A stretch of 64,000 nt of DNA from an uncultured Gammaproteobacteria bacterium (GTDB taxonomy: Bacteria > Patescibacteriota > Microgenomatia > Levybacterales > UBA12049): assembly GCA_964537895.1 (NCBI GenBank), contig CAZIDK010000003.1, positions 1,171-65,170 on the forward strand, in the 5' to 3' direction. Made by a program: the position numbers and the translations under genes. How positions within the stretch are numbered: position 1 is the first letter of the stretch; the number at the start of each line of letters is the position of its first letter. The notes under the pieces were generated by a model. The model did not search any database, was not told the origin of the DNA, and saw only the letters and a list, made by a program, of their open reading frames with translations. Shown piece by piece: positions 18,255 through 30,057 of the stretch.

Positions 18255-18839
18255 ATGTTTAAAGATCCAATCCTCAAAAAACTTTATAAAAAATATGGAC
18301 CGCATGGGTTTGAAGACAGAACTGAATTTTTGTACGAAGAACTGGTCGAGTCAATTATAGGCCAGCAGTTAAGCGGCAAAGCCGCCGATACTATATTTAA
18401 AAGATTTCTCGGTCTTTACAAAAACAGTAAGTTTCCAAGACCTGAAGAATTACTAAAAACCAATACTGAAAAATTAAGAAGCGCCGGCATGAGCTATAGC
18501 AAAGCTTCTTATATTAAGAATATCGCTCAAGCGTTTGAAAACGGAGATTTAGATATCAAAACATTAAGAAAAATGAATGATGAAGAGGTAAAAAAAGAAC
18601 TGACCAAAATAAAAGGGGTGGGTAATTGGACCGCGGAAATGATTTTAATTTTTACTTTTAAGAGAGAGGATGTTTTTTCGCTAGGCGACGCGGGTTTAAG
18701 ACGCGCTATTAAAAATTTGTACAACGTTGAGAAAGAAAAAGATATTTTAAAGTTGTCTGAAAACTGGAAACCGAACAGAAGTTTTGCTTGCTGGTACCTG
18801 TGGAGGAGTCTCGACAACGAGCCCCTTCCAAATGATTAA
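18255..18839 (+). CDS. HhH-GPD DNA glycosylase (AlkA / 3-methyladenine glycosylase II-like)
   Basis: KIKGVGNWTAEMILIF...DVFSLGDAGLRRAI, a helix-hairpin-helix with the catalytic Asp. Confidence 0.7.
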   Translation: MFKDPILKKLYKKYGPHGFEDRTEFLYEELVESIIGQQLSGKAADTIFKRFLGLYKNSKFPRPEELLKTNTEKLRSAGMSYSKASYIKNIAQAFENGDLDIKTLRKMNDEEVKKELTKIKGVGNWTAEMILIFTFKREDVFSLGDAGLRRAIKNLYNVEKEKDILKLSENWKPNRSFACWYLWRSLDNEPLPND

Positions 18840-18891
18840 TGATGAGGGATTAATGATTAATGATTTTTTATTCTTTGCTATACTCTATTAG

Positions 18892-19191
18892 GTGAAATTA
18901 AAAAACGATAAATATAGAAAAACTAGAGGCGGATATTCAAGACTTCTGGAGCTTAGATGTTCACACTGCAATGCTTTTCTGTGCTTATACCAAAAAGATG
19001 GTTCTGGAGTTTTAAAAAGGCTATACGTTGATAGGATATATAATCCAACAAAAACAGATGACAAAAAATTTATTTGTAATAACTGCAATAGGATACTTGG
19101 AACTTGGGGAATATATGAAAAAGAAAACAGGCCCGCTTATATGCTTTTACCTGGTTCTATCAGCAAAAAAATAATTAAAGCAAACAATTAA
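18892..19191 (+). CDS. small zinc-ribbon protein
   Basis: CSHCN...CNNCN, i.e. two CxxC pairs. ORF starts with TTG. Confidence 0.35.
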   Translation: MKLKNDKYRKTRGGYSRLLELRCSHCNAFLCLYQKDGSGVLKRLYVDRIYNPTKTDDKKFICNNCNRILGTWGIYEKENRPAYMLLPGSISKKIIKANN

Positions 19192-19330
19192 ATATCTTTC
19201 CAACTCCAACTTCACGATCCAACTTCTGACATCCACTGCGTTTCATCAACTCCCTCAATTTATGCCTTGAAAAGGCCGCCGGATTACCTTATAATTGATA
19301 GGCCTCCGCCAACCGGCGGGGCAAGTTGAT

Positions 19331-21367
19331 ATGAACTTATCTTTTATTTTGGACCACAAACTTATTGTTTCCGTTGCCGCGGGAATCCTCTCCATTTTAT
19401 ACGCAGTTTTCTTAAGCTACAGAGTTTTGTCACATGAACGGGGTGACAAAAAAATGAATGATATTTCCGACGCAATAGAAGAAGGCGCAGTTGCCTACAT
19501 GAAAAGACAATATACCGTAGTTGCCGCAATCGGTGCCATCGTTTTTGCAATTTTATATTTTGTTTTTAATCCAATAACTGCAATTGGATTTGCAGTCGGC
19601 GCTGTTTTTAGTACCATCGCAGGCGTTATCGGAATGTCTATTGCCGTTAGAAGTAACATAAGAACCGCACAAGCAGCTAAAAAAGGCCTTGCTGCGGCAT
19701 TTAATTTGGCTTTCCAGGGCGGAGCGGTAACAGGGCTGATGGTTGCAGGACTTGCTCTTTTAGCAGTTTCCGGATTTTATTTTGTTTTAGAAAGATATGC
19801 CCCGGGAAATCTCCAACCGTTAATTGCCTTAGGTTTCGGAGGAAGTTTGATTTCTGTTTTTGCCAGACTTGGAGGGGGAATCTTTACAAAATCTGCCGAT
19901 GTAGGAACAGATATGGTTGGAAAACTGGAGAAAGGAATTCCGGAAGACGATCCAAGAAATCCCGGAGTTATTGCGGATTTGGTAGGGGATAATGTCGGAG
20001 ATGATGCCGGAATGGCAGCGGACTTATTTGAAACTTATGTAATTACGGCAGTCGCCGCTATGATTTTAGGAAATTTAACTTTTCCGGGAAACCAAGCAGT
20101 TTTATTTTACCCGATGTTAATCGGAGCAATTTCTATTGTTGCCTCGATTATCGGAACTTGGTTTGTAAGACTGCGCGGAACAGGAATAATGAACGCTTTG
20201 TATCAAGGTCTAATTGCCTCAATACTTGTTTCCTTGGTAGGATTTTATGCAATAACCGCCGCTGTTTTTCCAAATGGAATCGGAAATATACCAACGCTAA
20301 ATCTTTTTTATGCGTCTATGATTGGCCTGATTGTTACAATCGGAATGGTTGTAATTACGGAATATTTTACTTCCAAAAAATTCTCACCCGTTAGAACAAT
20401 CGCCAACGCATCTTCCACAGGACACGGAACAAATGTAATCGCGGGTTTGGCAGTTTCCATGAAATCCACAATGGCTCCGATTCTTTTAATTGCAGGAGCA
20501 ATTTTAGTTTCGTTTAATCTGGCAGGACTTTATGGAATCGCAATTGCCGCAATGAGCATGTTATCTTTGGCAGGAATTATTGTTGCAATCGATGCTTTCG
20601 GACCAATAACCGATAACGCAGGCGGAATTGCCCAAATGGCCGGTATGGATAAAAAAGTTAGAGACATTACAGATCCTTTGGACGCAGTCGGAAATACGAC
20701 CAAGGCAATTACTAAAGCTTATGCAATCGGGTCTGCGGGACTTGCAGCATTAGTTTTATTTGCAAGCTACACACAAGAATTAAGCAGAAATGGAAGGGTA
20801 TTGGATATGGCAGCATTTTCACTTTCCGATCCAAAAGTAATTATCGGATTATTTATCGGCGGTGCATTACCATACCTTTTTGCAGCCCTTGCAATGGAAG
20901 CTGTTGGAAAAGCCAGCGTTGCAGTTGTTGATGAAGTCAGAAGACAATTCAGGGAAATCAAAGGTCTTATGGAAGGCAAAGCAAAACCCGAATATGCAAA
21001 AGCAGTTGATATTGTAACTCGCGCCGCAATCAAAGAAATGATTTTACCAACTGCAATTACGCTTTTAGCGCCAATTGTTGTTGGTTTTGGTTTAGGCCCA
21101 ACAGCCTTGGGGGGGATGTTAGTCGGAAGCATTGTCACAGGTCTATTCTTAGGAATTTCTATGACTACCGGCGGAGCAGCCTGGGATAACACCAAAAAAT
21201 ATATTGAAGAAGGAAATTTGGGCGGCAAAGGAAGCTTTGCGCACCAAGCGGCAGTTACGGGAGATACTGTTGGCGACCCTTACAAAGATACCGCTGGGCC
21301 TGCAATCAATCCAATGATTAAGGTTTTGAACATTGTAGCTCTCTTAATCGCAGGCTTCCTTGTTTAG
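19331..21367 (+). CDS. hppA: membrane-bound proton-translocating pyrophosphatase; the ORF is open from TTG at 19295 but ATG 19331 (MNLSFIL) is the more likely start
   Basis: Hallmarks [20 protein letters not shown] and [21 protein letters not shown], with about 15 TM helices. Confidence 0.93.
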   Translation: MNLSFILDHKLIVSVAAGILSILYAVFLSYRVLSHERGDKKMNDISDAIEEGAVAYMKRQYTVVAAIGAIVFAILYFVFNPITAIGFAVGAVFSTIAGVIGMSIAVRSNIRTAQAAKKGLAAAFNLAFQGGAVTGLMVAGLALLAVSGFYFVLERYAPGNLQPLIALGFGGSLISVFARLGGGIFTKSADVGTDMVGKLEKGIPEDDPRNPGVIADLVGDNVGDDAGMAADLFETYVITAVAAMILGNLTFPGNQAVLFYPMLIGAISIVASIIGTWFVRLRGTGIMNALYQGLIASILVSLVGFYAITAAVFPNGIGNIPTLNLFYASMIGLIVTIGMVVITEYFTSKKFSPVRTIANASSTGHGTNVIAGLAVSMKSTMAPILLIAGAILVSFNLAGLYGIAIAAMSMLSLAGIIVAIDAFGPITDNAGGIAQMAGMDKKVRDITDPLDAVGNTTKAITKAYAIGSAGLAALVLFASYTQELSRNGRVLDMAAFSLSDPKVIIGLFIGGALPYLFAALAMEAVGKASVAVVDEVRRQFREIKGLMEGKAKPEYAKAVDIVTRAAIKEMILPTAITLLAPIVVGFGLGPTALGGMLVGSIVTGLFLGISMTTGGAAWDNTKKYIEEGNLGGKGSFAHQAAVTGDTVGDPYKDTAGPAINPMIKVLNIVALLIAGFLV

Positions 21368-21448
21368 ATACTAGTTACTAGATACTAGAAACTAGTTGAT
21401 AATTTAGGAGAACTAATAACTAATCAACTAGCAACTAATCACTAATTT

Positions 21449-23917
21449 ATGGCAGATATTGGTAAACTTTTAAAAGCAGAAATCTCTACGGAAATGAAGC
21501 GCGCGTACCTTGATTACGCAATGTCTGTTATCGTTTCGCGTGCACTTCCCGATGTAAGAGACGGTTTAAAACCTGTCCACAGACGCATTCTCTTTGCCAT
21601 GCACGAAATGAATTTAACCCACAGCGCAAAATATTCAAAAAGCGCAAAAATTGTCGGAGAGGTAATGGGAAAATACCATCCGCATGGAGACATACCAATT
21701 TATGATTCTTTAGTAAGACTGGCTCAGGATTTTTCCATGCGTTACCCGTTAATTGACGGGCAGGGAAACTTCGGCTCCATGGACGGGGATCCGCCGGCCG
21801 CAATGCGTTATACGGAAGCAAGAATGGCCACGATAACTAACGAAATGATGTTAGACATGGAAAAAGAAACCGTTGATTATCTTGATAACTTTGATGCAAC
21901 TTTAAAAGAACCTGTTTTTCTTCCGAGCCTTTTGCCAAATCTCTTGTTAATGGGAAGTGAGGGAATTGCTGTGGGAATGGCAACGAAAATTCCTCCTCAC
22001 AATTTATCCGAAGTCATTGATGCAACAATGTTTATTATTCAAAAAACAAAAGTTACGCTTGAACCTTTTTCTCTTACTTCTACGGCAACTATTGACGAAC
22101 TTTTGGAATTTATAAAAGGCCCTGATTTCCCAACGGCCGGGGCAATTTACGACATTAACGAAATAAAAAACGTTTACACAACAGGAAAGGGAAGAGTGCT
22201 TATAAGAGGGAGGGCAGAAATTGAAGATATCGGTCAGGGAAAATCGGCAATTATTATAACCGAGCTTCCATACCAAGTAAATAAAGCGCTTTTAGTGGCA
22301 AGAATTGCAGATTTAGCCAAGGAGAAAAGAATTGAAGGAATATCCGATTTAAGGGACGAGTCGGACAGGCACGGAATAAGAGTTGTTGTTGAGCTAAAAA
22401 GAGACGCCGCTCCTAAAAAAGTATTGAATAATTTATTCAAACATACCAGCCTTCAAACAACTTTCTCCGCCAATGTGGTAGCGTTAGTTGACGGCACTCC
22501 TCAAACGCTTAACCTTAAAACAATTTTGGAAGAATTTCTTAAACATAGATATTTGGTTGTTAAAAAAAGAAGTGAATTTGAATTAAGGCAAGCAAAAGCC
22601 AGACTTCATATTCTGGAAGGGTTAAAAATTGCAGTGGACAACATAGACGCTGTTATAAAAACAATCAGAGAATCTAAAGACCAGGAAGAAGCAAAGAAAA
22701 ACTTAATTGCAAAATTTAAACTTTCCGAAATCCAAGCAACGGCAATTTTAGATATGCAGCTAAGACGTTTGGCGGCTTTAGAAAGACAAAAAATAGAAGA
22801 CGAGTACCAAATGGTTAAAGAAACTATTGCCTATCTTGAAGACTTACTCGCACATCCGGCAAAAATTCTTATTGTTATAAAAGAAGAACTAACAAAACTT
22901 AAAGAAAAATACGGAGATGAGAGAAGAACAAAAGTTTACAAAAGCAAAGTCGGAGAATTTTCCGACGAAGATTTAATCCCTAATGAACCGACCGTAATAA
23001 CTCTAACCGACACGGGTTATGTTAAACGTCAAAGCTTGCTAAGCTTTAAAACGCAACAAAGAGGCGGAAAGGGAATAAGAGGAATGACAACCAAAGAAGA
23101 AGACAGCATTGCCCATATCCGCTATTCCGAAACACACGACAATCTCCTTTTCTTTACAAATAAAGGCAAGGTTTACCAACTAAAAGCTTATGAAATTTCC
23201 GAATCGCAAAGAACGAGCAAAGGTACCGCAATCGTTAACTTATTAAATATCGAAGCAGGCGAAAAAGTTGAATCGTTTATAAATTACAGAAAAGACATAA
23301 AAGGCTCTTACATTTTTTTAACAACCAGAACCGGAACCGTTAAAAAATCTAAAATTTCCGATTTTGAAAATATCAGAAGAAGCGGAATTTTGGCTATTAA
23401 GCTTGATAAAAAAGATGAACTTGTCTGGAGTAAATTAACAAGCGGGGAAGACGATATCTTAATCGTAACCAGAAACGGCAAATCAATAAGATTTTCCGAA
23501 AAAGCGGTCAGACCAACAGGCAGAAACACAATGGGAGTCAGGGGAATTAAAATTGCCCCGGATGATCAGGTTATACAAATGGACATTATTATAAAAGGGG
23601 ACAAATCCGAATTTTTAACCATAATGGAAGCTGGAGTTGGTAAAAAATCCCCGGTTAATAATTTTCCAAAACAGGGCAGGGGAGGACAGGGAGTAAAAGT
23701 TGCCCAGATTACGCAAAAAACCGGAAAAGTTGCAGCCGCCCAAATAATTCCCGCTAACAGTCATGAATTAATAATTACTTCCAAAAAAGGCCAGATTGTC
23801 CAGATTAATATTTCCTCTATTCCGAGCCTATCCAGAGCTACGCAAGGAGTAATTCTTATGCGCTTTTCCAATCCAAATGATCACGTTGCTTCGGCAACCT
23901 GCATTGAAAAAGACTAA
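21449..23917 (+). CDS. gyrA: DNA gyrase subunit A
   Basis: [26 protein letters not shown] with catalytic Tyr, HPHGD quinolone-resistance region, C-terminal beta-pinwheel repeats. Confidence 0.97.
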   Translation: MADIGKLLKAEISTEMKRAYLDYAMSVIVSRALPDVRDGLKPVHRRILFAMHEMNLTHSAKYSKSAKIVGEVMGKYHPHGDIPIYDSLVRLAQDFSMRYPLIDGQGNFGSMDGDPPAAMRYTEARMATITNEMMLDMEKETVDYLDNFDATLKEPVFLPSLLPNLLLMGSEGIAVGMATKIPPHNLSEVIDATMFIIQKTKVTLEPFSLTSTATIDELLEFIKGPDFPTAGAIYDINEIKNVYTTGKGRVLIRGRAEIEDIGQGKSAIIITELPYQVNKALLVARIADLAKEKRIEGISDLRDESDRHGIRVVVELKRDAAPKKVLNNLFKHTSLQTTFSANVVALVDGTPQTLNLKTILEEFLKHRYLVVKKRSEFELRQAKARLHILEGLKIAVDNIDAVIKTIRESKDQEEAKKNLIAKFKLSEIQATAILDMQLRRLAALERQKIEDEYQMVKETIAYLEDLLAHPAKILIVIKEELTKLKEKYGDERRTKVYKSKVGEFSDEDLIPNEPTVITLTDTGYVKRQSLLSFKTQQRGGKGIRGMTTKEEDSIAHIRYSETHDNLLFFTNKGKVYQLKAYEISESQRTSKGTAIVNLLNIEAGEKVESFINYRKDIKGSYIFLTTRTGTVKKSKISDFENIRRSGILAIKLDKKDELVWSKLTSGEDDILIVTRNGKSIRFSEKAVRPTGRNTMGVRGIKIAPDDQVIQMDIIIKGDKSEFLTIMEAGVGKKSPVNNFPKQGRGGQGVKVAQITQKTGKVAAAQIIPANSHELIITSKKGQIVQINISSIPSLSRATQGVILMRFSNPNDHVASATCIEKD

Positions 23918-23998
23918 AAGATAGCGTATAGGAAATAGCGTATAGGGTATAGTTAACCAGACACTAAACGCTAGACGCTAATAACTAATCACTGATTT

Positions 23999-24832
23999 AT
24001 GATAATAGATGGCAAAAGCATTGCTTCCCAAATCCTCGAAAGTCTAAAAGCGCAAGTTGAAAAACTAAAGAGAAAAGGCATTATTCCTCACTTGCATATA
24101 ATTATTTTTTCCGAAGACTCTTCTTCCGCTTCTTACGTCAGACAAAAAATCTTAAAAGGGAGATTGATTAGCGCAAAAATAACCGTAGTTAAAAAAAATC
24201 CTAAAATTAACACTGTAGATTTGGTTAAGAAAATAGAAAAACTAAATAAAGATAACTCTATACATGGAATTATTGTTCAAAGACCAATGCCCAAACAGCT
24301 TAACGAAGAGGACATAACCCTAGCTGTTGATCCTAAAAAAGATGTTGACGGTTTTCATCCGCAATCAAGATTTGGCATTCCTGTTGTCCTGGCAGTTTTA
24401 AAAATATTGGAAACGGTTCACGAAACAGAATTTGAGACCTGGCTCAAATCACAAAAAATTGCTGTTATCGGTAAGGGATTAACTGCCGGAAAACCCATTG
24501 CAAATTTTTTACGTAAATTAGGGGTTCAACCCCTAATTATAGATAGTGAAACTAAAAATAAGAAAGAACTTTTAAAAAATTCAGATATTATAATAAGCGC
24601 GGTTGGAAAGCCAGATGTTTTTGATAGTTCTGAAATTAAAAACGGCGCAGTATTAATAGGCGTTGGTTTACATAAAGAAACCGACGGAAAGTTTCACGGA
24701 GATTACAACGAAGAAAAAATCAAAAATATTGCCGGCTTTTACACACCGACTCCCGGCGGAGTGGGGCCGGTTAACGTTACGATGTTATTAAAAAACCTGG
24801 TCGAATCTGCCGAAGATAATTTAACTACTTAG
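23999..24832 (+). CDS. folD: bifunctional methylenetetrahydrofolate dehydrogenase/cyclohydrolase
   Basis: DVDGFHP and PGGVGPVNVTMLLKN motifs. 277 aa. Confidence 0.9.
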   Translation: MIIDGKSIASQILESLKAQVEKLKRKGIIPHLHIIIFSEDSSSASYVRQKILKGRLISAKITVVKKNPKINTVDLVKKIEKLNKDNSIHGIIVQRPMPKQLNEEDITLAVDPKKDVDGFHPQSRFGIPVVLAVLKILETVHETEFETWLKSQKIAVIGKGLTAGKPIANFLRKLGVQPLIIDSETKNKKELLKNSDIIISAVGKPDVFDSSEIKNGAVLIGVGLHKETDGKFHGDYNEEKIKNIAGFYTPTPGGVGPVNVTMLLKNLVESAEDNLTT

Positions 24833-25718
24833 ACCATCTGGCAAAAATCCCGGTTGAAAGAAGTCTATCTCCATCTTTTTCCTGCAAAGCCAATTCCCCG
24901 TATTCAAAATTTCCTCCCAAATCACTTAAGTAATCTTGTAAAACATTATTAAGCATTATTGACGACGAAGAAATTGCGTAAGCGTTAACAATAACAAATA
25001 GGGAATTCTCGGATAAGATATTTTTACAAATTTCCATAAGTTTTGGGAACGACTCGTTGAAATCCCATTTTTCCCCCTCCGGTCCGTGCCCATAAATAGG
25101 AGGATCCATAATTATGGCGTCGTATTTCACATTTCTTTTTACTTCTCTTTGAGTAAATTTTATAGCATCATCTATTATCCAACGGATGGGTTTTTGTAAA
25201 AGCCCCGACGCCTCCTGATTTTCCCGCGCCCAGGAGATAGACGGTTTCGAAGCATCAACGTGTGTCACTTTTGCTCCGTTTGCTGCACAAACTAACGAAG
25301 ATATTCCGGTGTATCCAAACAAATTTAGAACACTAATTTCTCTCTTGTCCTGCCTGCCCGCCTCTGGAGGGAGCTGCCGAAGGGATATTTTTTCTTCCAT
25401 AAAATCCCAGTGCAAAGATTGTTCGGGAAAAACACCCGTGTGTTTAAAAGGGGTAAGCTTGCAAAAAAAAGATAAGTTTTTATATTTTAAAAGCCATTTC
25501 TCCGGAACCTTACCCCTGTTGTCCCAACTTCCCTTATTGCCGTTTTGAATATAGATAGCATCGGCTTTTTCCCAAACGCTATTATCTTTTTTGGGCTTCC
25601 AAGTAATTTGCGGGTCGGGTCTAACTAGCACATATTTTCCAAAGCGCTCTAATCTTTGGCCGTTACCGCTATCAATAAGTTCGTAATCCTCAAAGCCTTT
25701 CGTCGAAAGAACATTCAT
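24825..25718 (-). CDS. class I SAM-dependent methyltransferase with DPPxY motif and a PUA-like N-terminal domain (RlmI/RlmL-like rRNA methyltransferase)
   Basis: FGYTGISSLVCAANGAKVTHVDAS (motif I) and IIMDPPIYGHG (motif IV). Confidence 0.55.
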   Translation of the reverse strand: MNVLSTKGFEDYELIDSGNGQRLERFGKYVLVRPDPQITWKPKKDNSVWEKADAIYIQNGNKGSWDNRGKVPEKWLLKYKNLSFFCKLTPFKHTGVFPEQSLHWDFMEEKISLRQLPPEAGRQDKREISVLNLFGYTGISSLVCAANGAKVTHVDASKPSISWARENQEASGLLQKPIRWIIDDAIKFTQREVKRNVKYDAIIMDPPIYGHGPEGEKWDFNESFPKLMEICKNILSENSLFVIVNAYAISSSSIMLNNVLQDYLSDLGGNFEYGELALQEKDGDRLLSTGIFARWSK

Positions 25719-26674
25719 ATTAGTCTTTCTTTAAGAAACTGCTTAAAATCAGCAATACTTTTTTCGTTGTAGATAGAAATTGTCAAAACCGGCTTTTCAA
25801 ATTTTTTCAATTTGCTTATATTTTTTTCTAACGCGTTCTCATCTACAAGATCTGTTTTTGTTAAAAGTATTATTTCCGGTTTGGCAATTAAAATTTTGTC
25901 GTATTCCTTAAACTCATTTCTAACCGTTTTATATGCCTTAACAACGTCCTCTATTGTGGAATCTATGCAGTGAATAAGAAGCTCTGTTTTTTCAACGTGT
26001 TTAAGAAATTTTATCCCCAAACCCCTGCCTTTCGATGCTCCTTCCATTAAACCGGGGATATCGCCAAGAACAATTCCATCAAGAACTCCCAAGTTTGGTT
26101 CAAGCGTTGTAAACGGATAATTACCGATTTTAGGATGCGCATTGGTTAGCTCTTTAAGCAAACTGCTTTTACCTGCATTCGGAAATCCGATAAAGCCAAC
26201 TTGAGCGATAAGTCTCAATTCCAGACGGACGACTTTTTCTTCTCCGCGGGTCCCGTCCTCGGCTTGCATTGGAGCCTGATTTGTTGCGGATTTAAACTCG
26301 TTATTGCCTCTGCCGCCTTTACCTCCCAAAGCTAAAACAACTTGCGTTGTTATATCTGTAATTTCGTAAGCCTTACCTGCTGCCTCTGTAATCCTTGTTC
26401 CCAAAGGAACTTTTATAATAATATTTTCTCCGTTTCTGCCGTATAGGTTTTGTTTTTTCCCAGGAATTCCATTTTCCGCATAAATTTTCTTCTTATACCT
26501 AAATTCACCAAGATCAAAAACATCGGTTGACCCTTGGAAAAAAACACTTCCGCCATTTCCCCCATTGCCTCCATCGGGACCGCCTCTTGCCGTCCTTGCA
26601 TTTCTCATAAAAGAAACGGAACCATTGCCGCCGTCGCCGGCTTTTATCATTATGGTAATATCGTCTATTAACAT
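25715..26674 (-). CDS. obg: GTPase Obg
   Basis: Glycine-rich Obg fold GDGGNGSVSF..GGPDGGNGGNGGSVFF, then the G1 motif GFPNAGKSSLL. Confidence 0.92.
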   Translation of the reverse strand: MLIDDITIMIKAGDGGNGSVSFMRNARTARGGPDGGNGGNGGSVFFQGSTDVFDLGEFRYKKKIYAENGIPGKKQNLYGRNGENIIIKVPLGTRITEAAGKAYEITDITTQVVLALGGKGGRGNNEFKSATNQAPMQAEDGTRGEEKVVRLELRLIAQVGFIGFPNAGKSSLLKELTNAHPKIGNYPFTTLEPNLGVLDGIVLGDIPGLMEGASKGRGLGIKFLKHVEKTELLIHCIDSTIEDVVKAYKTVRNEFKEYDKILIAKPEIILLTKTDLVDENALEKNISKLKKFEKPVLTISIYNEKSIADFKQFLKERLI

Positions 26675-26699
26675 GCCTGTATTGTATCATTAATAGGGG

Positions 26700-27302
26700 G
26701 TGAAAAATCATTACAAATATAGTAAAATAGTTATCATGACAAAAAACTTTATTCTCGGCATTGTTTTTATAGCTGTAGTCCTTGGTCTTGGCGGGCTTTT
26801 TATAATGCAGCAAACGAGTCAGAAAAATCCCTTGGAAAATAATAATATTACAAGTTCGACAGCTCCTGCGCCCTCGTCAAACGCGGCTGACGCAACACAG
26901 ACTCCAACTATTCAGATTACCCAAACTCCAGAACCAATCGAACAAAATAGTTCTCAAAGTGGTAGTATGATAACTATGCCGGACGGATTAAAAATTCAAG
27001 ATCTTAAAGTAGGCGGGGGGCAAGAAGCAAAATCGGGAAGTACTGTTACGGTAAATTATCTTGGGACTTTGGAAAACGGAACAAAATTTGATAGTTCTTA
27101 CGACAGAAACCAACCCTTTACTACCCAAATTGGGGTAGGAACAGTTATTAAAGGCTGGGACGAGGGCATAGTGGGAATGAAAATCGGCGGAAAAAGAAAA
27201 TTAATAATTCCTGCTGAACTTGGCTACGGCGCGCAAGCCGCGGGAACAATTCCTCCAAACTCGGTTTTAGTCTTTGAAGTAGAATTACTGGACGTAAAAT
27301 AG
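26700..27302 (+). CDS. FKBP-type peptidyl-prolyl cis-trans isomerase, membrane-anchored
   Basis: N-terminal TM segment, then the FKBP domain TVNYLGTLENGTKFDSSYDRNQPFTTQIGVGTVIKGWDEG. Confidence 0.85.
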   Translation: MKNHYKYSKIVIMTKNFILGIVFIAVVLGLGGLFIMQQTSQKNPLENNNITSSTAPAPSSNAADATQTPTIQITQTPEPIEQNSSQSGSMITMPDGLKIQDLKVGGGQEAKSGSTVTVNYLGTLENGTKFDSSYDRNQPFTTQIGVGTVIKGWDEGIVGMKIGGKRKLIIPAELGYGAQAAGTIPPNSVLVFEVELLDVK

Positions 27303-27345
27303 ACCTAATATTGACATAAAAGGTAAAATCATTTACGATTAATTT

Positions 27346-28173
27346 ATGACCTCTTGGTTTGAAAAATATCAAAAACCGTTTGTTATTATCTTTCTTTTTT
27401 TTGCAGGCCTCTTTTTATATACCAAACTTGCGGGCCCCATTCCTTTTTACATAAATAGCGTCAACACAACCAAAACCGACCTTTTTAGCTCAAGTGGGGA
27501 AGGGCGCGCCTCCGCAGTTCCCGATACTGCTTCTGTAAGCTTAGGGATAACCCAACAAGCAGCTACGGTTTCCGAAGCGCAAAATAAAACAAATGAAACG
27601 GCAGATAAAATCATCGAGAGCATTAAAAAACTTGGGATTTCCCAAAAAGATATAAAAACTACAAATTATTCTGTTAATCCTAATTATGGTTCTAATATTA
27701 GACCTCTTCAAGAGGATGGAGTAAGTGGGGCAGAAATTCAAATGTATCCTGTTCCCCCTACCCGAGGAAGCGAACAACCAATAATAGGATATACGGTAAC
27801 ACAGAATTTAGAGATAAAAGTAAAACCTGTTGATAAAGTAAATCAGGTAATTGATGCTTCAACTAAATCGGGAGCAAATCTTGTCGGAGGAGTCAATTTT
27901 ACATTTTCAGACGACTTAAAAAAATCATTGGAAAATAAAGCAAGAAAAGAAGCGGTAGATGCCGCAAGAGCAAAAGCGCAAAGCTTAGCAAGCGCAGCCG
28001 GAGTAAGACTTGGAAAAGTAGTAAACGTTGTTGAAAATTCTAATTTCCCTTATTACCCCGTTGCTTTAAAAACAGAGGCAGGGCAAGGTGGGGACCAACC
28101 TATATCTTCTAATGTTACACCCGGAGAAAACGAAGTTTCAATTAATGTTGTTATCTACTACGAAACCTATTGA
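27346..28173 (+). CDS. SIMPL/DUF541-domain protein
   Basis: N-terminal TM segment and a pattern typical of SIMPL (ASVSLGITQQAATVSEAQNK...). Confidence 0.55.
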   Translation: MTSWFEKYQKPFVIIFLFFAGLFLYTKLAGPIPFYINSVNTTKTDLFSSSGEGRASAVPDTASVSLGITQQAATVSEAQNKTNETADKIIESIKKLGISQKDIKTTNYSVNPNYGSNIRPLQEDGVSGAEIQMYPVPPTRGSEQPIIGYTVTQNLEIKVKPVDKVNQVIDASTKSGANLVGGVNFTFSDDLKKSLENKARKEAVDAARAKAQSLASAAGVRLGKVVNVVENSNFPYYPVALKTEAGQGGDQPISSNVTPGENEVSINVVIYYETY

Positions 28174-28958
28174 ACGGCTTTCTTTGCAGCAAGATTTGAG
28201 GGTATTTTCCTATCGGGGAAAATATCGTCTGCAATAATCCACATATCAAGTCTTTTTTGAGCAAGTTTTTCACTTCCTGTAAATAAAGAGAAAGTGTTGA
28301 ATATGGCTTTTTCTTTTCCCAGCTCGCCATATAATTCCATATTCGGAGCCATTATTGCCGCTGCTCCGGCTATTTCCATAGCATCACCTTTGTGATTTGT
28401 TGGAATTTCCTCCAAATATTCAAGTCCGCTAAACGCTTTTATTACAAATTCGTCTGTCCAAATTTCCTGATTTCTCTGCATTCCACCGACATATGGATAA
28501 GTACTTCCATCAAATGCCTTACTGCCCATTGCAGAAGCTCCGCTTTCCATCATGTGAGTTATCCATAACATTTTCCAATCAATTCCAAATTTTTCAGAAG
28601 CGGAAATGTAAATAGAACCATACATTTTAAGAGCAGCTATCCACTTATCACTAAATTTACCTGATTCTTCCGCTATTTTTGCATATTGTTCTGTTTTATT
28701 TTGAAGATCTAATATTTTTTGTTCAACGGGAGAAAGGCTCGGCTCAGGAGAAGGGGACGGGGAAGGGGAAAGAGTTTCCAAATCAGGATCACCTATTTCT
28801 ACGGGCTTAAAATTAAGCCGGGAATAATCGAAAGGCTTAGAGGGTGGTATACCCGAAGTATCTCTTGTTACTAAAACATTAATAGCCCCCGCAATAGTTG
28901 CAGCTCCCGCAGCTTTTAGGAGGTCTCTTCTTGATATTGTTGGTTCTCTATCCTTCAT
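28167..28958 (-). CDS. Tat-signal secreted protein, possibly lytic transglycosylase (SLT)-like
   Basis: Twin-arginine motif SRRDLLKAAGAATIAGA. MMESGAS...GGMQ resembles the SLT catalytic region. Has a PSPSPSPEPS linker. Confidence 0.35.
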   Translation of the reverse strand: MKDREPTISRRDLLKAAGAATIAGAINVLVTRDTSGIPPSKPFDYSRLNFKPVEIGDPDLETLSPSPSPSPEPSLSPVEQKILDLQNKTEQYAKIAEESGKFSDKWIAALKMYGSIYISASEKFGIDWKMLWITHMMESGASAMGSKAFDGSTYPYVGGMQRNQEIWTDEFVIKAFSGLEYLEEIPTNHKGDAMEIAGAAAIMAPNMELYGELGKEKAIFNTFSLFTGSEKLAQKRLDMWIIADDIFPDRKIPSNLAAKKAVQ

Positions 28959-29079
28959 AAGGTTAATTTAAATACTAGATACCTATTATATGTACGCTGT
29001 AAACGCGGAAATTAAATTGAAAATATCCCTGGGGGATGAAGCTATTATAGCTTATTTTGATTCTTCCCGCAACCTTTGA

Positions 29080-30057
29080 CTACTTATTACCAGAATGAAA
29101 TGATTTGTGGACGTCGTGAAGCTGTTTATTGGTGATGTGAGTGTAAATTTGCGTTGTGGCTATATTCTTGTGCCCCAGCATTTCCTGAACACTTCTAATA
29201 TCCGCTCCGTTTGTCAGAAGGTCTGTTGCGAATGAGTGGCGGAATGTGTGAACGGTTGCGTCAACCGGAATTCTGGCACTCCTTACATATTTTTTTACCA
29301 AGCGCTCAACGCTTCGGGCTGTTAACCTCATTTTTTCCCCTCCGTTTTCTTGGATAATTGCTCCGGAATACCTGATAAAAAGAGGTTTAAAACTATCCTC
29401 GCGTTTATCAAGATAACGCTTTATCCATTCCGCAGCCCTGCCGGAAACAAAAACCAGCCTTGATTTCCCGCCTTTTCCAATAACCCCAAATTCTCGCCTT
29501 TCCAAATTTATTCTATCCCTGTTTAATCCGACAAGTTCCGAAACCCTAAGCCCGGTGGAAAAGAGAAGCTCCATTATCGCTCTGTCCCTTAAGCCTTCCT
29601 CTTTTGACGTATCTGTCGCTGTTACAAGCCTGTCAACTTGTTCTTTTTCTAAAAATTTTAGACTGCGGCTTTCGGTTCTTGGAAGATCAATTTTTGAAGG
29701 CTCCAGGGTTTCGTGGTCGTTTTTTATTAAAAATCTAAGGAATGACCGGAGGGCAATAACGTAATAATTCTGCGTAACACGCATTAAGGTTAAGCCTTTA
29801 GCATCGGCCCTATTTGCCAAAAAAACTCTATATTTTCTAACCGTGGCCAAATCTAAAGTTTCTAAAGTTTTTCCGTGTGAGGTAGTGGAGAACCATTGAT
29901 TAAAAACATCCAAATAATGTCTGTAATCCCGAATAGTAAGCTTAGAACAATTTTTTTCTATTTCAAGATATTCCAAAAATTCGTCTATGAACCCCGAAAG
30001 AGCAGTATTTTCTTCCATAAATCTAAAAATTAACCGTTTTGGTAAAGCTAGCTTCAT
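29080..30057 (-). CDS. tyrosine recombinase XerC/XerD-like
   Basis: C-terminal HTFRHSFATDLLTNGADIRSVQEMLGHKNIATTQIYTHI with the catalytic R..H..R..Y. Confidence 0.85.
   Translation of the reverse strand: MKLALPKRLIFRFMEENTALSGFIDEFLEYLEIEKNCSKLTIRDYRHYLDVFNQWFSTTSHGKTLETLDLATVRKYRVFLANRADAKGLTLMRVTQNYYVIALRSFLRFLIKNDHETLEPSKIDLPRTESRSLKFLEKEQVDRLVTATDTSKEEGLRDRAIMELLFSTGLRVSELVGLNRDRINLERREFGVIGKGGKSRLVFVSGRAAEWIKRYLDKREDSFKPLFIRYSGAIIQENGGEKMRLTARSVERLVKKYVRSARIPVDATVHTFRHSFATDLLTNGADIRSVQEMLGHKNIATTQIYTHITNKQLHDVHKSFHSGNK

Noticed and set aside
24519-24531. REP-like palindrome GGGGTTCAACCCC inside folD as an element insertion
   Set aside because: It is only 13 nt, has no flanking AT-rich repeats, and encodes an unremarkable LGVQPL. 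It may be a chance match to the palindrome family.
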